A stretch of DNA of 64,000 nucleotides, from the IMG/VR virus record IMGVR_UViG_3300030085_001980, one strand, 5' to 3'. Both the position numbers and the translations under genes were made by a program. Shown piece after piece: positions 20,301 through 27,796 of this stretch. Numbering within the stretch: the stretch's first letter is position 1; every line of letters starts with the position of its first letter. Under the pieces are notes generated by a model. It ran no database searches. It was not told the origin of the DNA and worked only from the letters and a program-made list of their open reading frames with translations. The DNA comes from a virus.

Positions 20301-20816
20301 CAGCAAACCGCTGCTGTTGGCGTTTGATTCACTGGTCCAGATATACCCCAGATTCTCTCCACCACCATTACCAGTCTCTAGTTTGTGATTCTTCTCACTA
20401 CTATTGTACACAGAGCGAAGACGCACTGTACCACTTACTGAATCTCTCAGTGTAGTGAAGTACCTTGCGCCTCTCTGACGTGGTTCTCTATTGTATGACC
20501 TATGCTTATGTTCGTCTTCCTTGACTTCCTTGTTCTTACTATACAGGTGGTTCCTCAACTTACCTGAATAGAACCTAAAAATAGTTCTTCTTTCACTGGC
20601 GCAGAATGCTACGCAAGTCTCTTGTCTCTCGCCAATATAAAATACCTCATCCTTTCCAAACTTATACCCACCAGGACCATTGTCCTCGTACGTTATCTGG
20701 TATCCGTTTGGAACGTTAGCAGCATCTGCTTCTGCACCCGACCAAGTTTTATTATAATCTTCGGAGTCAACGGGGTTCTCATAAGAGCGCCCCGTCTCCT
20801 GTACGTAAATTGCCAC
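17331..20816 (-). CDS. Large virion structural protein, 1161 aa
   Basis: Long ORF in the baseplate cluster with SGKDYVNP / KGRGYSPG repeats like those in gp7, and N-terminal (I/L)(F/Y)R(F/Y)...H(L/F)Y(S/T)-like repeats. Confidence 0.75.
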   Translation of the reverse strand: MAIYVQETGRSYENPVDSEDYNKTWSGAEADAANVPNGYQITYEDNGPGGYKFGKDEVFYIGERQETCVAFCASERRTIFRFYSGKLRNHLYSKNKEVKEDEHKHRSYNREPRQRGARYFTTLRDSVSGTVRLRSVYNSSEKNHKLETGNGGGENLGYIWTSESNANSSGLLVTGEAIRPLYHYRHPGDSKRGPNDFYTVNPVVENNLETGVSGVPDCNDPRGEEYRYQGIIGYVTLTPGPRAIARYEEIGGPQSTGLVNRSSWYDWVSDNDSNGNRRPYGTPYTIMDYLKDRDGVPATSSRGWGNSVDLLDTDAYFEWFYGKNGAVKAAVPRSINFHDAFEGQFVFYLYDTSYPWNGPIYGINFFETDAPCLPTSYRDDSTPPEPTLTYHNYNYVIRQDAWVTKKTTLFVDAPDLTPGANESFWTAGTDDHRIFFRYLTGSGFFKIGERINGWMITACRYFGDEMNCGYMELSSLQQEGQGSAFTYGQNFTSANNGVITVLAGYGIPNKGAFWGVFEFPKQVSYMRVEIDKNALIPQRTIDEAVLQAKIDKKGRVQSVKIINSGKDYVNPQLSCEFPEVLREQGFADSGSNVDEFFEDDFSTKVQLDVEDETDFKRFDKKVRRSASKISNKSFVTESDVNGTLEAAEFKAVLDDNGSIIDVIITNKGRGYSPGTRPKVLVVDRETGIRKDKYVAEGMNPYEVEIKRSLSQFGNNDASANAALQADRDIILENSQLFNTEKTTIYPRGYIKMGDVNAEEKQKFCDKIVPGLCFQPDSGKGWSDWAQYYDEQALFGNLRGLDGDFNANNGMLGDLFSRSRPYADQIEEKLSNGMAGIFPGGCVEVAQSNLYGVRRFFDIPCPYQSFDSEGNELLFGWMPYKYCASKLDLAKVKVSIQVDGDVSGAGAAVNTRFMNWLKSLGRPQLTRPRKVPKSGGTGDEKTHPCTNGDAKGRCYETSSGQYAFVPLGGDENTFDYGLNQGMTELDQLETWIGSGNYGTFSPFTWTSYEYSETTTTDPNTGQTSTSQSNTGNFTGGAGWGTYNSVTLNSCSGGKFSNDNWHNFVTDGVLTVNSGYDNSGNPITANDLCSNPPFQGCLALNEVQHAAIAIDPKRINDDNHIEMGPYEGSMLWRNYSTGSARLLDETLNNYGNPYFDECDITFD

Positions 20817-21085
20817 TAATCACTAGAGAGTTTCTCTTCGATTTTATTTAGTCGCTCAAACAGATTATCAAACAGTTTTGTCAGGTTACTGTAGTCAGTA
20901 TCACCAGGGATTTTATACTGAATCATATCAGCACCGCGTGATAGCAGTTGTTCCATTCTACCAACGCGCTGTGCAAGATTCGTACAAGTCTTGGCAATCA
21001 TTTCAAATCGCCACTCGTTCTCTTCTTCTTTATTAGCAAAGTTGGGGATCTCTAGATCCTGTGGGATTTCAAAGTCTTCAGACAT
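20816..21085 (-). CDS. Hypothetical protein, 89 aa
   Basis: ORF with 1-nt overlaps to both neighbours. Confidence 0.75.
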   Translation of the reverse strand: MSEDFEIPQDLEIPNFANKEEENEWRFEMIAKTCTNLAQRVGRMEQLLSRGADMIQYKIPGDTDYSNLTKLFDNLFERLNKIEEKLSSD

Positions 21086-21630
21086 TAAAAATAATTGATG
21101 TTAAGGACAACACGGTACTTCTCGTTAGTAGTAGACGTACCGCTATGAGGGGTGTTCACAGGGAATTTTACCAGACGGTTGGCAACAGAGTCAACCCTTC
21201 CATTATGGAACTTGGTATATCCGTCATTACTATTAAGATAAAGGATAGCAGTCGTTGCTCCTTCAAACTCTTCACTACCATACTCACCACAATCAGTATG
21301 GAATGCATACTCTTGTAGACTATCCGTATGGTGATTCAGGTTTGCCTTAATACGGATGAGCGCACGCGGTTGTAACAGGTTGATAATAGGCAATACGTAC
21401 TCATACATCTGACTTAATGGTTGACCATTACCATACAGGTAGTTTACCATTTGCCAGTTGTAGATTTCTGCTGCTTGTAGTTCAGGATCAAACATCCGTG
21501 CTACGTGCATTACCTTCGCCTTATTCACAAACCAGGGAAAATCCTGACCCGTAAATGCTTCAGAGATACGTTCAAACTCCTCAGGAGGTAAGAAGTTATC
21601 AATGATTTCTAGATTTGCCAATGGATCCAT
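21085..21630 (-). CDS. 2OG-Fe(II) oxygenase family protein
   Basis: EIIDNFL, FHTD (HxD), TAILYLNSNDGYT, NRLVKFP..TPHSG. Start placed at MDPLAN (21630), not the track's 21699. Confidence 0.85.
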   Translation of the reverse strand: MDPLANLEIIDNFLPPEEFERISEAFTGQDFPWFVNKAKVMHVARMFDPELQAAEIYNWQMVNYLYGNGQPLSQMYEYVLPIINLLQPRALIRIKANLNHHTDSLQEYAFHTDCGEYGSEEFEGATTAILYLNSNDGYTKFHNGRVDSVANRLVKFPVNTPHSGTSTTNEKYRVVLNINYF

Positions 21631-21676
21631 AGTCTTTAGAATAGTTACGACGCTCGCGGGGGCGCGGTTTTTGAGG

Positions 21677-21868
21677 CTAGTCAATAAAGCTCGATGCATT
21701 CAGTTTGGTTTGGATACTTCGCCATAGGTTCTGTACCTTGGTGAGTTCCTTGCCGCCCTGAACATCTGCTTTGTATATGAGACACCACTGTGCTGAGTTG
21801 CACAGTAGTTTGCGTTCCGCATCAGTGAGTGTGATAGTCCACTCAGTCGGTTTCTCTGTAGGGTCCAT
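21677..21868 (-). CDS. Hypothetical protein, about 63 aa
   Basis: C-terminal part of the track ORF, from MDPTEK; the upstream part is occupied by another gene. Confidence 0.55.
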   Translation of the reverse strand: MDPTEKPTEWTITLTDAERKLLCNSAQWCLIYKADVQGGKELTKVQNLWRSIQTKLNASSFID

Positions 21869-22016
21869 AGAGGTTAACACGTTGTGCGATTTTCTGCAGG
21901 ATTGCATCGCACTCATCATAGCGATCTTTTTTGAATGGTCCAACCGTATTCGATTGGTAGTAACGAACTGCATTATATACAGTTTTGAGTTCATCAGTGG
22001 TGAGGAGTTTACTCAT
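21843..22016 (-). CDS. Hypothetical protein, 57 aa (not in ORF track)
   Basis: MSKLLTTDELKTVYNAVRYYQSNTVGPFKKDRYDECDAILQKIAQRVNLYGPYRETD; short overlap with the upstream gene. Confidence 0.65.
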   Translation of the reverse strand: MSKLLTTDELKTVYNAVRYYQSNTVGPFKKDRYDECDAILQKIAQRVNLYGPYRETD

Positions 22017-22170
22017 TAATTTTGCGAAGAATTACAGAATCATCTTGGACATCATACTCTAGGGTGTCGCCATAGTCCCATCCTGCTTCATCTAACAGAG
22101 CATCTGGTAAAGTAATGAACAGATCTCCGTGTTCATCCTCCTCCACTGGAAGAATGTATCTTTGTGACAT
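22009..22170 (-). CDS. AbrB/MazE/SpoVT-like small DNA-binding protein, 53 aa (not in ORF track)
   Basis: MSQRYILPVEEDEHGDLFITLPDALLDEAGWDYGDTLEYDVQDDSVILRKINE fits the swapped-hairpin pattern I-x-L-P...G(W/L)..GD.L.......I.L. Confidence 0.7.
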   Translation of the reverse strand: MSQRYILPVEEDEHGDLFITLPDALLDEAGWDYGDTLEYDVQDDSVILRKINE

Positions 22171-22613
22171 TAGACTTTACGAAGTACGTATCGTATATGT
22201 GGTATATAGGACTTTACGTACTCTAGACGTGAAACGTCGTTTGCTTTCTGATGTAATAGAATACCTTCCCCTAGATAGATCGCAGCGTGCTTCAGACGCC
22301 CCCTAGAGGACGTTATATGGGGTTCTGAGGAGTCGAATGACATCACTAGGACATCATACTTCTCCAACACAGACATATCGAATAATTCTTTTTCTTCTGA
22401 CTCTACGACAGACTCCCACCCTTCGCCAGTCCACAGATCTCTTACGAAGTCTCGAAGGCGAAGTGAGTAGTCTTCCTTACACGTGTGATAACCTGTACTC
22501 TTGCCAAACTCGAAGAGCAGGTTGAAACATCCACCACCTCTCTGACCACCCCAAGGGCGACCTAGAAACTCACCGTACTCCTCAGAGTATTTTTCCATCA
22601 ACTTGTCACTCAT
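22170..22613 (-). CDS. NlpC/P60 (C40) cysteine peptidase-like protein
   Basis: GGCFNLL (catalytic Cys), DVLV, HAAIYLGEGILLH. Confidence 0.8.
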   Translation of the reverse strand: MSDKLMEKYSEEYGEFLGRPWGGQRGGGCFNLLFEFGKSTGYHTCKEDYSLRLRDFVRDLWTGEGWESVVESEEKELFDMSVLEKYDVLVMSFDSSEPHITSSRGRLKHAAIYLGEGILLHQKANDVSRLEYVKSYIPHIRYVLRKV

Positions 22614-22732
22614 AATTTTTCTCCGAGAATTTTTTTGTATATGGGGGGACCCAAAGTGCGATTTCGATAATATATGCTCCCCTATACTGTTGTAGGTTAG
22701 CAGAGGGGACCCTTTTTAATATGTCGAAAGTG

Positions 22733-22921
22733 TCAACAATCGTCCCCCACATTCACAGAGTAGCAGAGCCCTTCGGTCACATAATAATCGATGAGTTGTT
22801 TATACTCAGTGTACCACGGTTCTTGTTCAGTGTCAACCAAATATTGCACCCACTCGATGATCTCTTGAGGGGGCAGATTACCCTCCTCATAGAGTTCAGC
22901 GAAGATCGAATACTTCTTCAC
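22733..22921 (-). CDS. Hypothetical protein, 62 aa
   Basis: ORF with 4-nt overlap to the upstream ORF. Confidence 0.65.
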   Translation of the reverse strand: MKKYSIFAELYEEGNLPPQEIIEWVQYLVDTEQEPWYTEYKQLIDYYVTEGLCYSVNVGDDC

Positions 22922-23067
22922 GATTGTGTAGTGTAATCGAGGTCAATATCCCCATAGGATTGATCATCAAACTCTAGGTCCTCAAATATATCTTCCGAGG
23001 TATCTTCGAGCATTTGATCAATCCAATCGTCTGCTGTAGTTAGTGACATCAACTCCTCTTCGTTCAT
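22918..23067 (-). CDS. Small acidic protein, 49 aa (not in ORF track)
   Basis: MNEEELMSLTTADDWIDQMLEDTSEDIFEDLEFDDQSYGDIDLDYTTQS; fills the gap exactly. Confidence 0.6.
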   Translation of the reverse strand: MNEEELMSLTTADDWIDQMLEDTSEDIFEDLEFDDQSYGDIDLDYTTQS

Positions 23068-23069
23068 TG

Positions 23070-23252
23070 TCAATAATCCTCCGAGTCTATTTGATAGTTT
23101 TTACCTTGACGGTTCTTGTTAGTTTGTGTGTCATCGAGAGTATCACTGTACGTGTCGCTCGATTTCTTTCTACTACCGTAAGCACGTTTCTCTCTCAAAC
23201 TCTTAGGACGGTTTGATCTATAAACGTCGTTCCGTTTGTATGTACGACCCAT
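23070..23252 (-). CDS. Small basic hypothetical protein, 60 aa
   Basis: First ORF downstream of the sigma70-type promoter at 23292-23320. Confidence 0.7.
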   Translation of the reverse strand: MGRTYKRNDVYRSNRPKSLREKRAYGSRKKSSDTYSDTLDDTQTNKNRQGKNYQIDSEDY

Positions 23253-23291
23253 TGAAATGTGTTGGATAGGTGTTCTTCAGTGGACAACGGT

Positions 23292-23320
23292 AATATAGAA
23301 GATTTTTCAGAATTTGTCAA
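23292..23320 (-). promoter_or_regulatory. Sigma70-type promoter TTGACA-17-TATATT
   Basis: Plus-strand tgtcaa at 23315-23320 and aatata at 23292-23297, with a 17-nt spacer. Confidence 0.8.
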
Positions 23321-23352
23321 AGGTGTGTCAGAAACTGTTTCGTCCCTATGTG

Positions 23353-23381
23353 TTGACAAACCCTCGCTCGTGTGCTAACGT
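23353..23381 (+). promoter_or_regulatory. Rightward sigma70-type promoter TTGACA-17-TAACGT
   Basis: Perfect -35 box, 17-nt spacer, TA-N3-T -10 box; no obvious ORF downstream. Confidence 0.55.
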
Positions 23382-23500
23382 CCTAAGGTTGCAACATCTA
23401 GGAGGTTTCTAACACTTTATTCCACAGTTTAGATATACTTTTCCACAAGGATGTGGAGAGAGATAAAATACATAACTATGTTTTTTTAACCATTTATTTA

Positions 23501-23842
23501 TTACGGATTAAACCACCGTAAGTTACTATAATGGTCATTTAGTTTGTCTCCGTCGATGTGTCTAACCTGTTGGTAATACTGGTCATTAGTTGATATAAAG
23601 GCGTCTGCACATAGACGCGCAATTCTTCTTACTACTGTCTTACCATTTTGTCTTAGTGTTACTCTCCTATAACCATTTTCGTTTAGATGTGTGTTTAACT
23701 CTCTCCACTTGCCATACTTTGTGGAAAACACATTGCCGTGTTCGTTGATAAAATATTCTTCGTAATTAGGGATGGGTTTGTATAACGTACCGTCTTGATC
23801 TTTGTACGTTGTTTCATCTACTTTGGTGAATGAGTAAATCAT
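23501..23842 (-). CDS. NUMOD4 + HNH homing endonuclease-like protein
   Basis: KPIPNYEEYFINEHGNVFS (NUMOD4), NGYRRVTL, VRHIDGDKLNDHYSNLRW (HNH). Start placed at MIYSF. Confidence 0.85.
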   Translation of the reverse strand: MIYSFTKVDETTYKDQDGTLYKPIPNYEEYFINEHGNVFSTKYGKWRELNTHLNENGYRRVTLRQNGKTVVRRIARLCADAFISTNDQYYQQVRHIDGDKLNDHYSNLRWFNP

Positions 23843-23843
23843 A

Positions 23844-24479
23844 TTAAAAAGGTGCAATGTTGAAGGATAATGCAATTCTATTGCCGTGACCATTGTTCTC
23901 ATATCCGTGTTGGATATTAGGGGGATGGATGATAACATCTCCTTCATTATGTGGGATCTCTGCTTCTAGTTGATTGAAGGCATTTTGTCCAGTATAGTTC
24001 ATCTGAAGCACAGGATAATGTGGCGAACCGATATAACGGCGAAACTTCATTATACTATGCTTTTGAATATCGAAGTTGATGTAATATGTGCCCGAGTATA
24101 TTACATTGCTGTGTTCGTGTGGTGCATACATTCCCCCTTCATTTGTCAATTCGATGTATGAATCAACAATGGAGATTTTATCGAGAGCATAATTGTAAGA
24201 TGACTTATTTGCCTTGTGTACAGCATCAATAATCATCTCTTTAATTGGTGCTAATTGTGGCATCTCTAGTACGTTATCTGGACCGAGTTGAGTAATACCA
24301 CGGGAGATATATGGGCGCGGTTCGTTCTTCACTTCCTGGAGTCCTTGAATATACTCCATCAGAATAGTTTTGTGCTCGATGTGATCTTTGTTGATATATC
24401 TTGCCACAGGAGTCATAAACAACCCGTACGCAGTTGCGTCAGAAATGTTTTCAAAACCGTCGCTAAGTGTCACTTCCAT
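23844..24479 (-). CDS. 2OG-Fe(II) oxygenase, TIGR02466-like
   Basis: PHEHSNVIYSGTYY...EGDVIIHPPNIQHG...RIALSFN. Confidence 0.85.
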   Translation of the reverse strand: MEVTLSDGFENISDATAYGLFMTPVARYINKDHIEHKTILMEYIQGLQEVKNEPRPYISRGITQLGPDNVLEMPQLAPIKEMIIDAVHKANKSSYNYALDKISIVDSYIELTNEGGMYAPHEHSNVIYSGTYYINFDIQKHSIMKFRRYIGSPHYPVLQMNYTGQNAFNQLEAEIPHNEGDVIIHPPNIQHGYENNGHGNRIALSFNIAPF

Positions 24480-24497
24480 AGTGTTAGATAAGACAAT

Positions 24498-24523
24498 AAA
24501 AAAGGAGGGGTTTTATACCCTCC
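24498..24523 (-). terminator. Intrinsic terminator
   Basis: Minus-strand GGAGGG-loop-CCCTCC hairpin followed by T6. Confidence 0.7.
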
Positions 24524-24552
24524 ATTATGTATCATTTTGCGTGATTTGTCAA
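24524..24552 (-). promoter_or_regulatory. Sigma70-type promoter TTGACA-17-CATAAT
   Basis: Plus-strand tgtcaa at 24547-24552 and attatg at 24524-24529. Confidence 0.7.
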
Positions 24553-24646
24553 ATGTTTGTCAGAGGGTTGGTTATTAACAAACTTGAGACGGATAGGGCG
24601 AGAATTGATACGAATAGCGTTTGCAGTACGTTGTTCACGAGACATT

Positions 24647-24778
24647 TCAAAGTTGATCGAGTTGGCGTTGAATAGTGGCGTTGCGCTCATTGATAACATC
24701 GGACAAAGTTGAGTCCATTAGTTGAATACCAAGGTTTGCACCGAGGATAACAAAGAGAGCAACAAAGAAGATACGCAT
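24647..24778 (-). CDS. Small membrane protein, 43 aa (not in ORF track)
   Basis: MRIFFVALFVILGANLGIQLMDSTLSDVINERNATIQRQLDQL; hydrophobic N-terminus. Confidence 0.55.
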   Translation of the reverse strand: MRIFFVALFVILGANLGIQLMDSTLSDVINERNATIQRQLDQL

Positions 24779-24810
24779 TTGTGTTAGTGAAGAAGGTGAA
24801 CTTAGGGTTA

Positions 24811-25158
24811 TCAGGCGAAGATGTAACCGTTGTCAAATTCTTCAGTCACAAACTTAGATTGTCCGTTGATTGCGCCTGCAAACTTACGAACAAACCACTT
24901 ATAGTTCTTCTGAAAAACACCTTCGCCATCAATACAAAACTCCTCGCAAAGTGCATTAAGACGAGATTTTGTAGTGACAGTTTGCCAACCACCATCGAAG
25001 ATTGTCATATCGTTGTCAGAAACCTCAGCAATTTTGTTGCCGTGGAGACGTACAATAGAGACGCCAGATTCTTCGTTAAAGTGAACCGAAGTGTTGCCAG
25101 ACTGCCAGTTGATGTTCTTCTGAACAGCGGCACACATTTGAGATTCGATCTTACGCAT
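24811..25158 (-). CDS. Early hypothetical protein, 115 aa
   Basis: First ORF after dyad element copy 1; resembles conserved cyanophage early proteins (RLHGNKIA, TTKSRLNAL). Confidence 0.8.
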   Translation of the reverse strand: MRKIESQMCAAVQKNINWQSGNTSVHFNEESGVSIVRLHGNKIAEVSDNDMTIFDGGWQTVTTKSRLNALCEEFCIDGEGVFQKNYKWFVRKFAGAINGQSKFVTEEFDNGYIFA

Positions 25159-25222
25159 TTTGTGGTTGAAAGTGAAGTGAATTGGTGTCGGTTGGTTGGT
25201 TTCCCTCCCTCCCGATGTCTTT

Positions 25223-25280
25223 ATTATAGGGCGTCAGGAGCGCCTGTAAGGGGGTTCGGTGACAGTTTATGGACTGGCAC
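25223..25280 (-). promoter_or_regulatory. Early promoter module copy 1 (dyad + -10)
   Basis: GTGACAGT-ttatgg-ACTGGCAC at 25259-25280; TATAAT at 25223-25228. Confidence 0.75.
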
Positions 25281-25292
25281 ACCCTAGAGGCG

Positions 25293-25505
25293 TTAATTGA
25301 TACTTTTGAGCATATAATGGTAGTCAATATCTAACACAGGAAAACCGATCGCAGTTGTTATCTCCTCCACCAAATCTTCGCTGTCTGCTGCTTCCCAAAC
25401 CGTGCACAATACTTCGTCGATAATATCTTGCTGCATTTGTGGTGATGCTTCAAAGTCATCATCTTTGAAGTCGATGTTAATTGCTTCAACGCGGAAAGTG
25501 TTCAT
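25293..25505 (-). CDS. Early hypothetical protein
   Basis: MNTFRVEAINIDF...; start trimmed to avoid overlap with the upstream gene. Confidence 0.65.
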   Translation of the reverse strand: MNTFRVEAINIDFKDDDFEASPQMQQDIIDEVLCTVWEAADSEDLVEEITTAIGFPVLDIDYHYMLKSIN

Positions 25506-25539
25506 AATAGTGCGGAGAATTGGTGTACGTTGCGCGGTA

Positions 25540-25767
25540 TCAACCGCCAAACATTTCATCGAAGAGGTTTTCAGACTCTTGCAATTCTGCGTGGCGATCA
25601 AGTTCATCACGAGCAGAAACCAACGCCGCTTGCTTCATCTTAATTTTGTTAAGTTCCTCGTTGATGTAATGCAAACGAGTGTTAATTTGACAGCGGTCCA
25701 TACCATTCACGGTGGGCATATCGTAAGAAGTGCCGTTGATGATTCGTGGTTGCATAATAACAGTCAT
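25540..25767 (-). CDS. Early hypothetical protein (coiled coil)
   Basis: MTVIMQPRIINGTSYDMP...; start trimmed. Confidence 0.65.
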   Translation of the reverse strand: MTVIMQPRIINGTSYDMPTVNGMDRCQINTRLHYINEELNKIKMKQAALVSARDELDRHAELQESENLFDEMFGG

Positions 25768-25796
25768 TGTGAAAAATTGAGTGAAGTTTGTGTTAA

Positions 25797-26033
25797 TCAG
25801 GCGTCGAGATCTTGAGCAGCGTCCCACATATCGTAGAACAGATCCCACGCGGGACCATCAGCAACAAAGGAGGAACATTCTGCCTGATCGCATACCCAAT
25901 CGTACGCCATATCGATGTCGGCGTTGTTATCGAGAATGAATTCGTGCAGTCCTTGGATTGCACTAATGAAGGCAGGATCTTGAACGAGAGAGATATATTT
26001 TTTGCCTTGGTCGTTGGTCACTGTGATGGTCAT
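25797..26033 (-). CDS. Early hypothetical protein
   Basis: MTITVTNDQGKKY... preceded by an AAAGGA RBS, downstream of module copy 2. Confidence 0.7.
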   Translation of the reverse strand: MTITVTNDQGKKYISLVQDPAFISAIQGLHEFILDNNADIDMAYDWVCDQAECSSFVADGPAWDLFYDMWDAAQDLDA

Positions 26034-26054
26034 TTGGTTTCCTTTGTTCATACC

Positions 26055-26115
26055 AGTATGATGGCACAGAATCAGGGCGTTTGGGGAGAATGGTGGACAC
26101 TCTCCCGACTGTCAC
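26055..26115 (-). promoter_or_regulatory. Early promoter module copy 2
   Basis: GTGGACACT-ctcccg-ACTGTCAC at 26093-26115; CATACT at 26055-26060. Confidence 0.7.
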
Positions 26116-26471
26116 TGCCAACCAGTCATTTCACTAGGTTCTGAGCGAGAATCTTCGATGTAGTTTGCATCATCTAGATATGCATTAATTTCATCGTCAG
26201 TGAGCGTACCCTCAGCAAATTGTCTGAACTCGTCATCATCTGCACCGTGATAGTTGTGCACTTCGTCACACAATTCATAGTCAGATAATTGTGCCATTCC
26301 ATCAGTCAAGAGATCATAAACGAGTTGCTCCATTGTCTTATAGTCCATCCCTTCGATCATCCTTTCGGCATAAGTTTCGATGAGATCTTGACGACGATCG
26401 GAGTTGATTTCGAGCACGGGAGACATAGGATTAGGAGAGGAGAAAGGTACAAAAACAGGGTGCATATTCAT
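26112..26471 (-). CDS. Early acidic hypothetical protein, 119 aa
   Basis: ORF with 4-nt overlap to the upstream gene. Confidence 0.7.
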   Translation of the reverse strand: MNMHPVFVPFSSPNPMSPVLEINSDRRQDLIETYAERMIEGMDYKTMEQLVYDLLTDGMAQLSDYELCDEVHNYHGADDDEFRQFAEGTLTDDEINAYLDDANYIEDSRSEPSEMTGWQ

Positions 26472-26662
26472 TCGCCTACACCATAATCAGCATACAACCA
26501 TTCAAATTTGGGTGCACTTTCAGGATCAACACCATCTACAACAAACTCACTGAAGATTGCTGCTGCTGTTTCAAAATTATCGTTCTCAACGTGTTGTGCA
26601 ATCATCTTGAGATATTGCTCCGTGAGGATGTCAATACCGATGTCAACATTGTCGTTTTTCAT
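26468..26662 (-). CDS. Early hypothetical protein
   Basis: MKNDNVDIGIDIL...; start trimmed. Confidence 0.6.
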   Translation of the reverse strand: MKNDNVDIGIDILTEQYLKMIAQHVENDNFETAAAIFSEFVVDGVDPESAPKFEWLYADYGVGE

Positions 26663-26756
26663 AATCAATGGGGAACGAATGTACGTTGGAAAAATGTTAG
26701 TAGTGGGGAGATCTCGCGGCAGGAGATACAATTACATAGACCCACTATGTGATAGT

Positions 26757-27023
26757 TTAGCAGTACAGGGGCATATACTCAGAGGAAGGCATTTTGTCAG
26801 TATTGAAACCAGTAACCTTAGCACCGTTTGCGATACGTTGGTTCCAATCATATTTTGCTTCGATGCCAAGAACTGTGCTGTAGGATTTCATACCATTAGC
26901 ACGGAAAGTGACACGCTTAACGAAACGTTTGACCGTGACTTTCATACCTTTGGTGTCATCTGCCTCGGCAATAAATGCCTCAGGGAAATAATCAACAATG
27001 GTGGCGGAGTTGGTGACTTGCAT
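26757..27023 (-). CDS. Early hypothetical protein, about 88 aa
   Basis: MQVTNSATIVDYFPEAF... begins just downstream of module copy 3; the track's longer start runs through the promoter. Confidence 0.75.
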   Translation of the reverse strand: MQVTNSATIVDYFPEAFIAEADDTKGMKVTVKRFVKRVTFRANGMKSYSTVLGIEAKYDWNQRIANGAKVTGFNTDKMPSSEYMPLYC

Positions 27024-27047
27024 TGGTTGCGTTCCTTTGACTCTTTT

Positions 27048-27105
27048 AATATACACGGGATTGGTGCCCGTGGGGAGAATAGTGGACAGTTTGTGCAACT
27101 GGCAC
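27048..27105 (-). promoter_or_regulatory. Early promoter module copy 3
   Basis: GTGGACAGT-ttgtgca-ACTGGCAC at 27082-27105; TATATT at 27048-27053. Confidence 0.75.
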
Positions 27106-27108
27106 ACG

Positions 27109-27318
27109 TCAGACGATCTCAGTCCATTTTTTATGGTTTGCTTTGGTGATTCTCCCATCTGCTAACAAGTTGTCACACACATTGCAGAAGACGTTAAACT
27201 TTTCTGTGCGGTCCAATGTATCAACGCCGTTGCAGGTCTTGATAACATCGAGGATCATTTTCTTGGAGTGAACCATTTTGCTGTAGATGGGGAAAGTTGC
27301 AGTGGTCATTGTCATCAA
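27109..27318 (-). CDS. Early hypothetical protein (D-x-L-x-x-DG-x-IT...W motif)
   Basis: Track ORF; shares a motif with 27632-27796. Confidence 0.7.
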   Translation of the reverse strand: MMTMTTATFPIYSKMVHSKKMILDVIKTCNGVDTLDRTEKFNVFCNVCDNLLADGRITKANHKKWTEIV

Positions 27319-27593
27319 ACGTACTGAAGTTTACCGACGAGAGTCTTAACCTCAAAATTATTGTAGGCACCCATTGTGATCGTACGATCGTTAGGGAGGA
27401 TGCTCAGATCTTCACGAACTTGCCAGAAGTTGTCTCCTTGAATGACAACAGCGAACCCGAAACATCCAGGCACTGGCATCATAAACAAACCGTGCTTTTC
27501 TGCCTGCTTCGCTGATGCAAATCCACGAGCATTGATGGACCATTCTTTACCTTCAGAATCCTTACCGAAGTAGACACAAATGAAGTCAGTCAT
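27315..27593 (-). CDS. Early hypothetical protein
   Basis: MTDFICVYFGKD...; start trimmed. Confidence 0.65.
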   Translation of the reverse strand: MTDFICVYFGKDSEGKEWSINARGFASAKQAEKHGLFMMPVPGCFGFAVVIQGDNFWQVREDLSILPNDRTITMGAYNNFEVKTLVGKLQYV

Positions 27594-27631
27594 TGTTGTT
27601 AATGAAGAGTGAAAAGTGTTGGTGTACGTTA

Positions 27632-27796
27632 TCAGAAAGGGCAGGTCCAAGTTTCATATTGCTTCATCGTAATATAACCATCTCGGCACAACATATCGGT
27701 GTAAAGTCCCCAAGCATAACGCATTGCGGGTTTGTCGTTGAGACCTTCGGGGACAGATACTGCCAGAAAGTTTGCTTTTGCTTCGCGTTTGGTCAT
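27632..27796 (-). CDS. Early hypothetical protein, 54 aa (not in ORF track)
   Basis: MTKREAKANFLAVSVPEGLNDKPAMRYAWGLYTDMLCRDGYITMKQYETWTCPF; first ORF after module copy 4. Confidence 0.75.
   Translation of the reverse strand: MTKREAKANFLAVSVPEGLNDKPAMRYAWGLYTDMLCRDGYITMKQYETWTCPF

Noticed and set aside
22714-22736. TTGACA on the minus strand as a promoter
   Set aside because: No -10 hexamer at 16-18 nt spacing.
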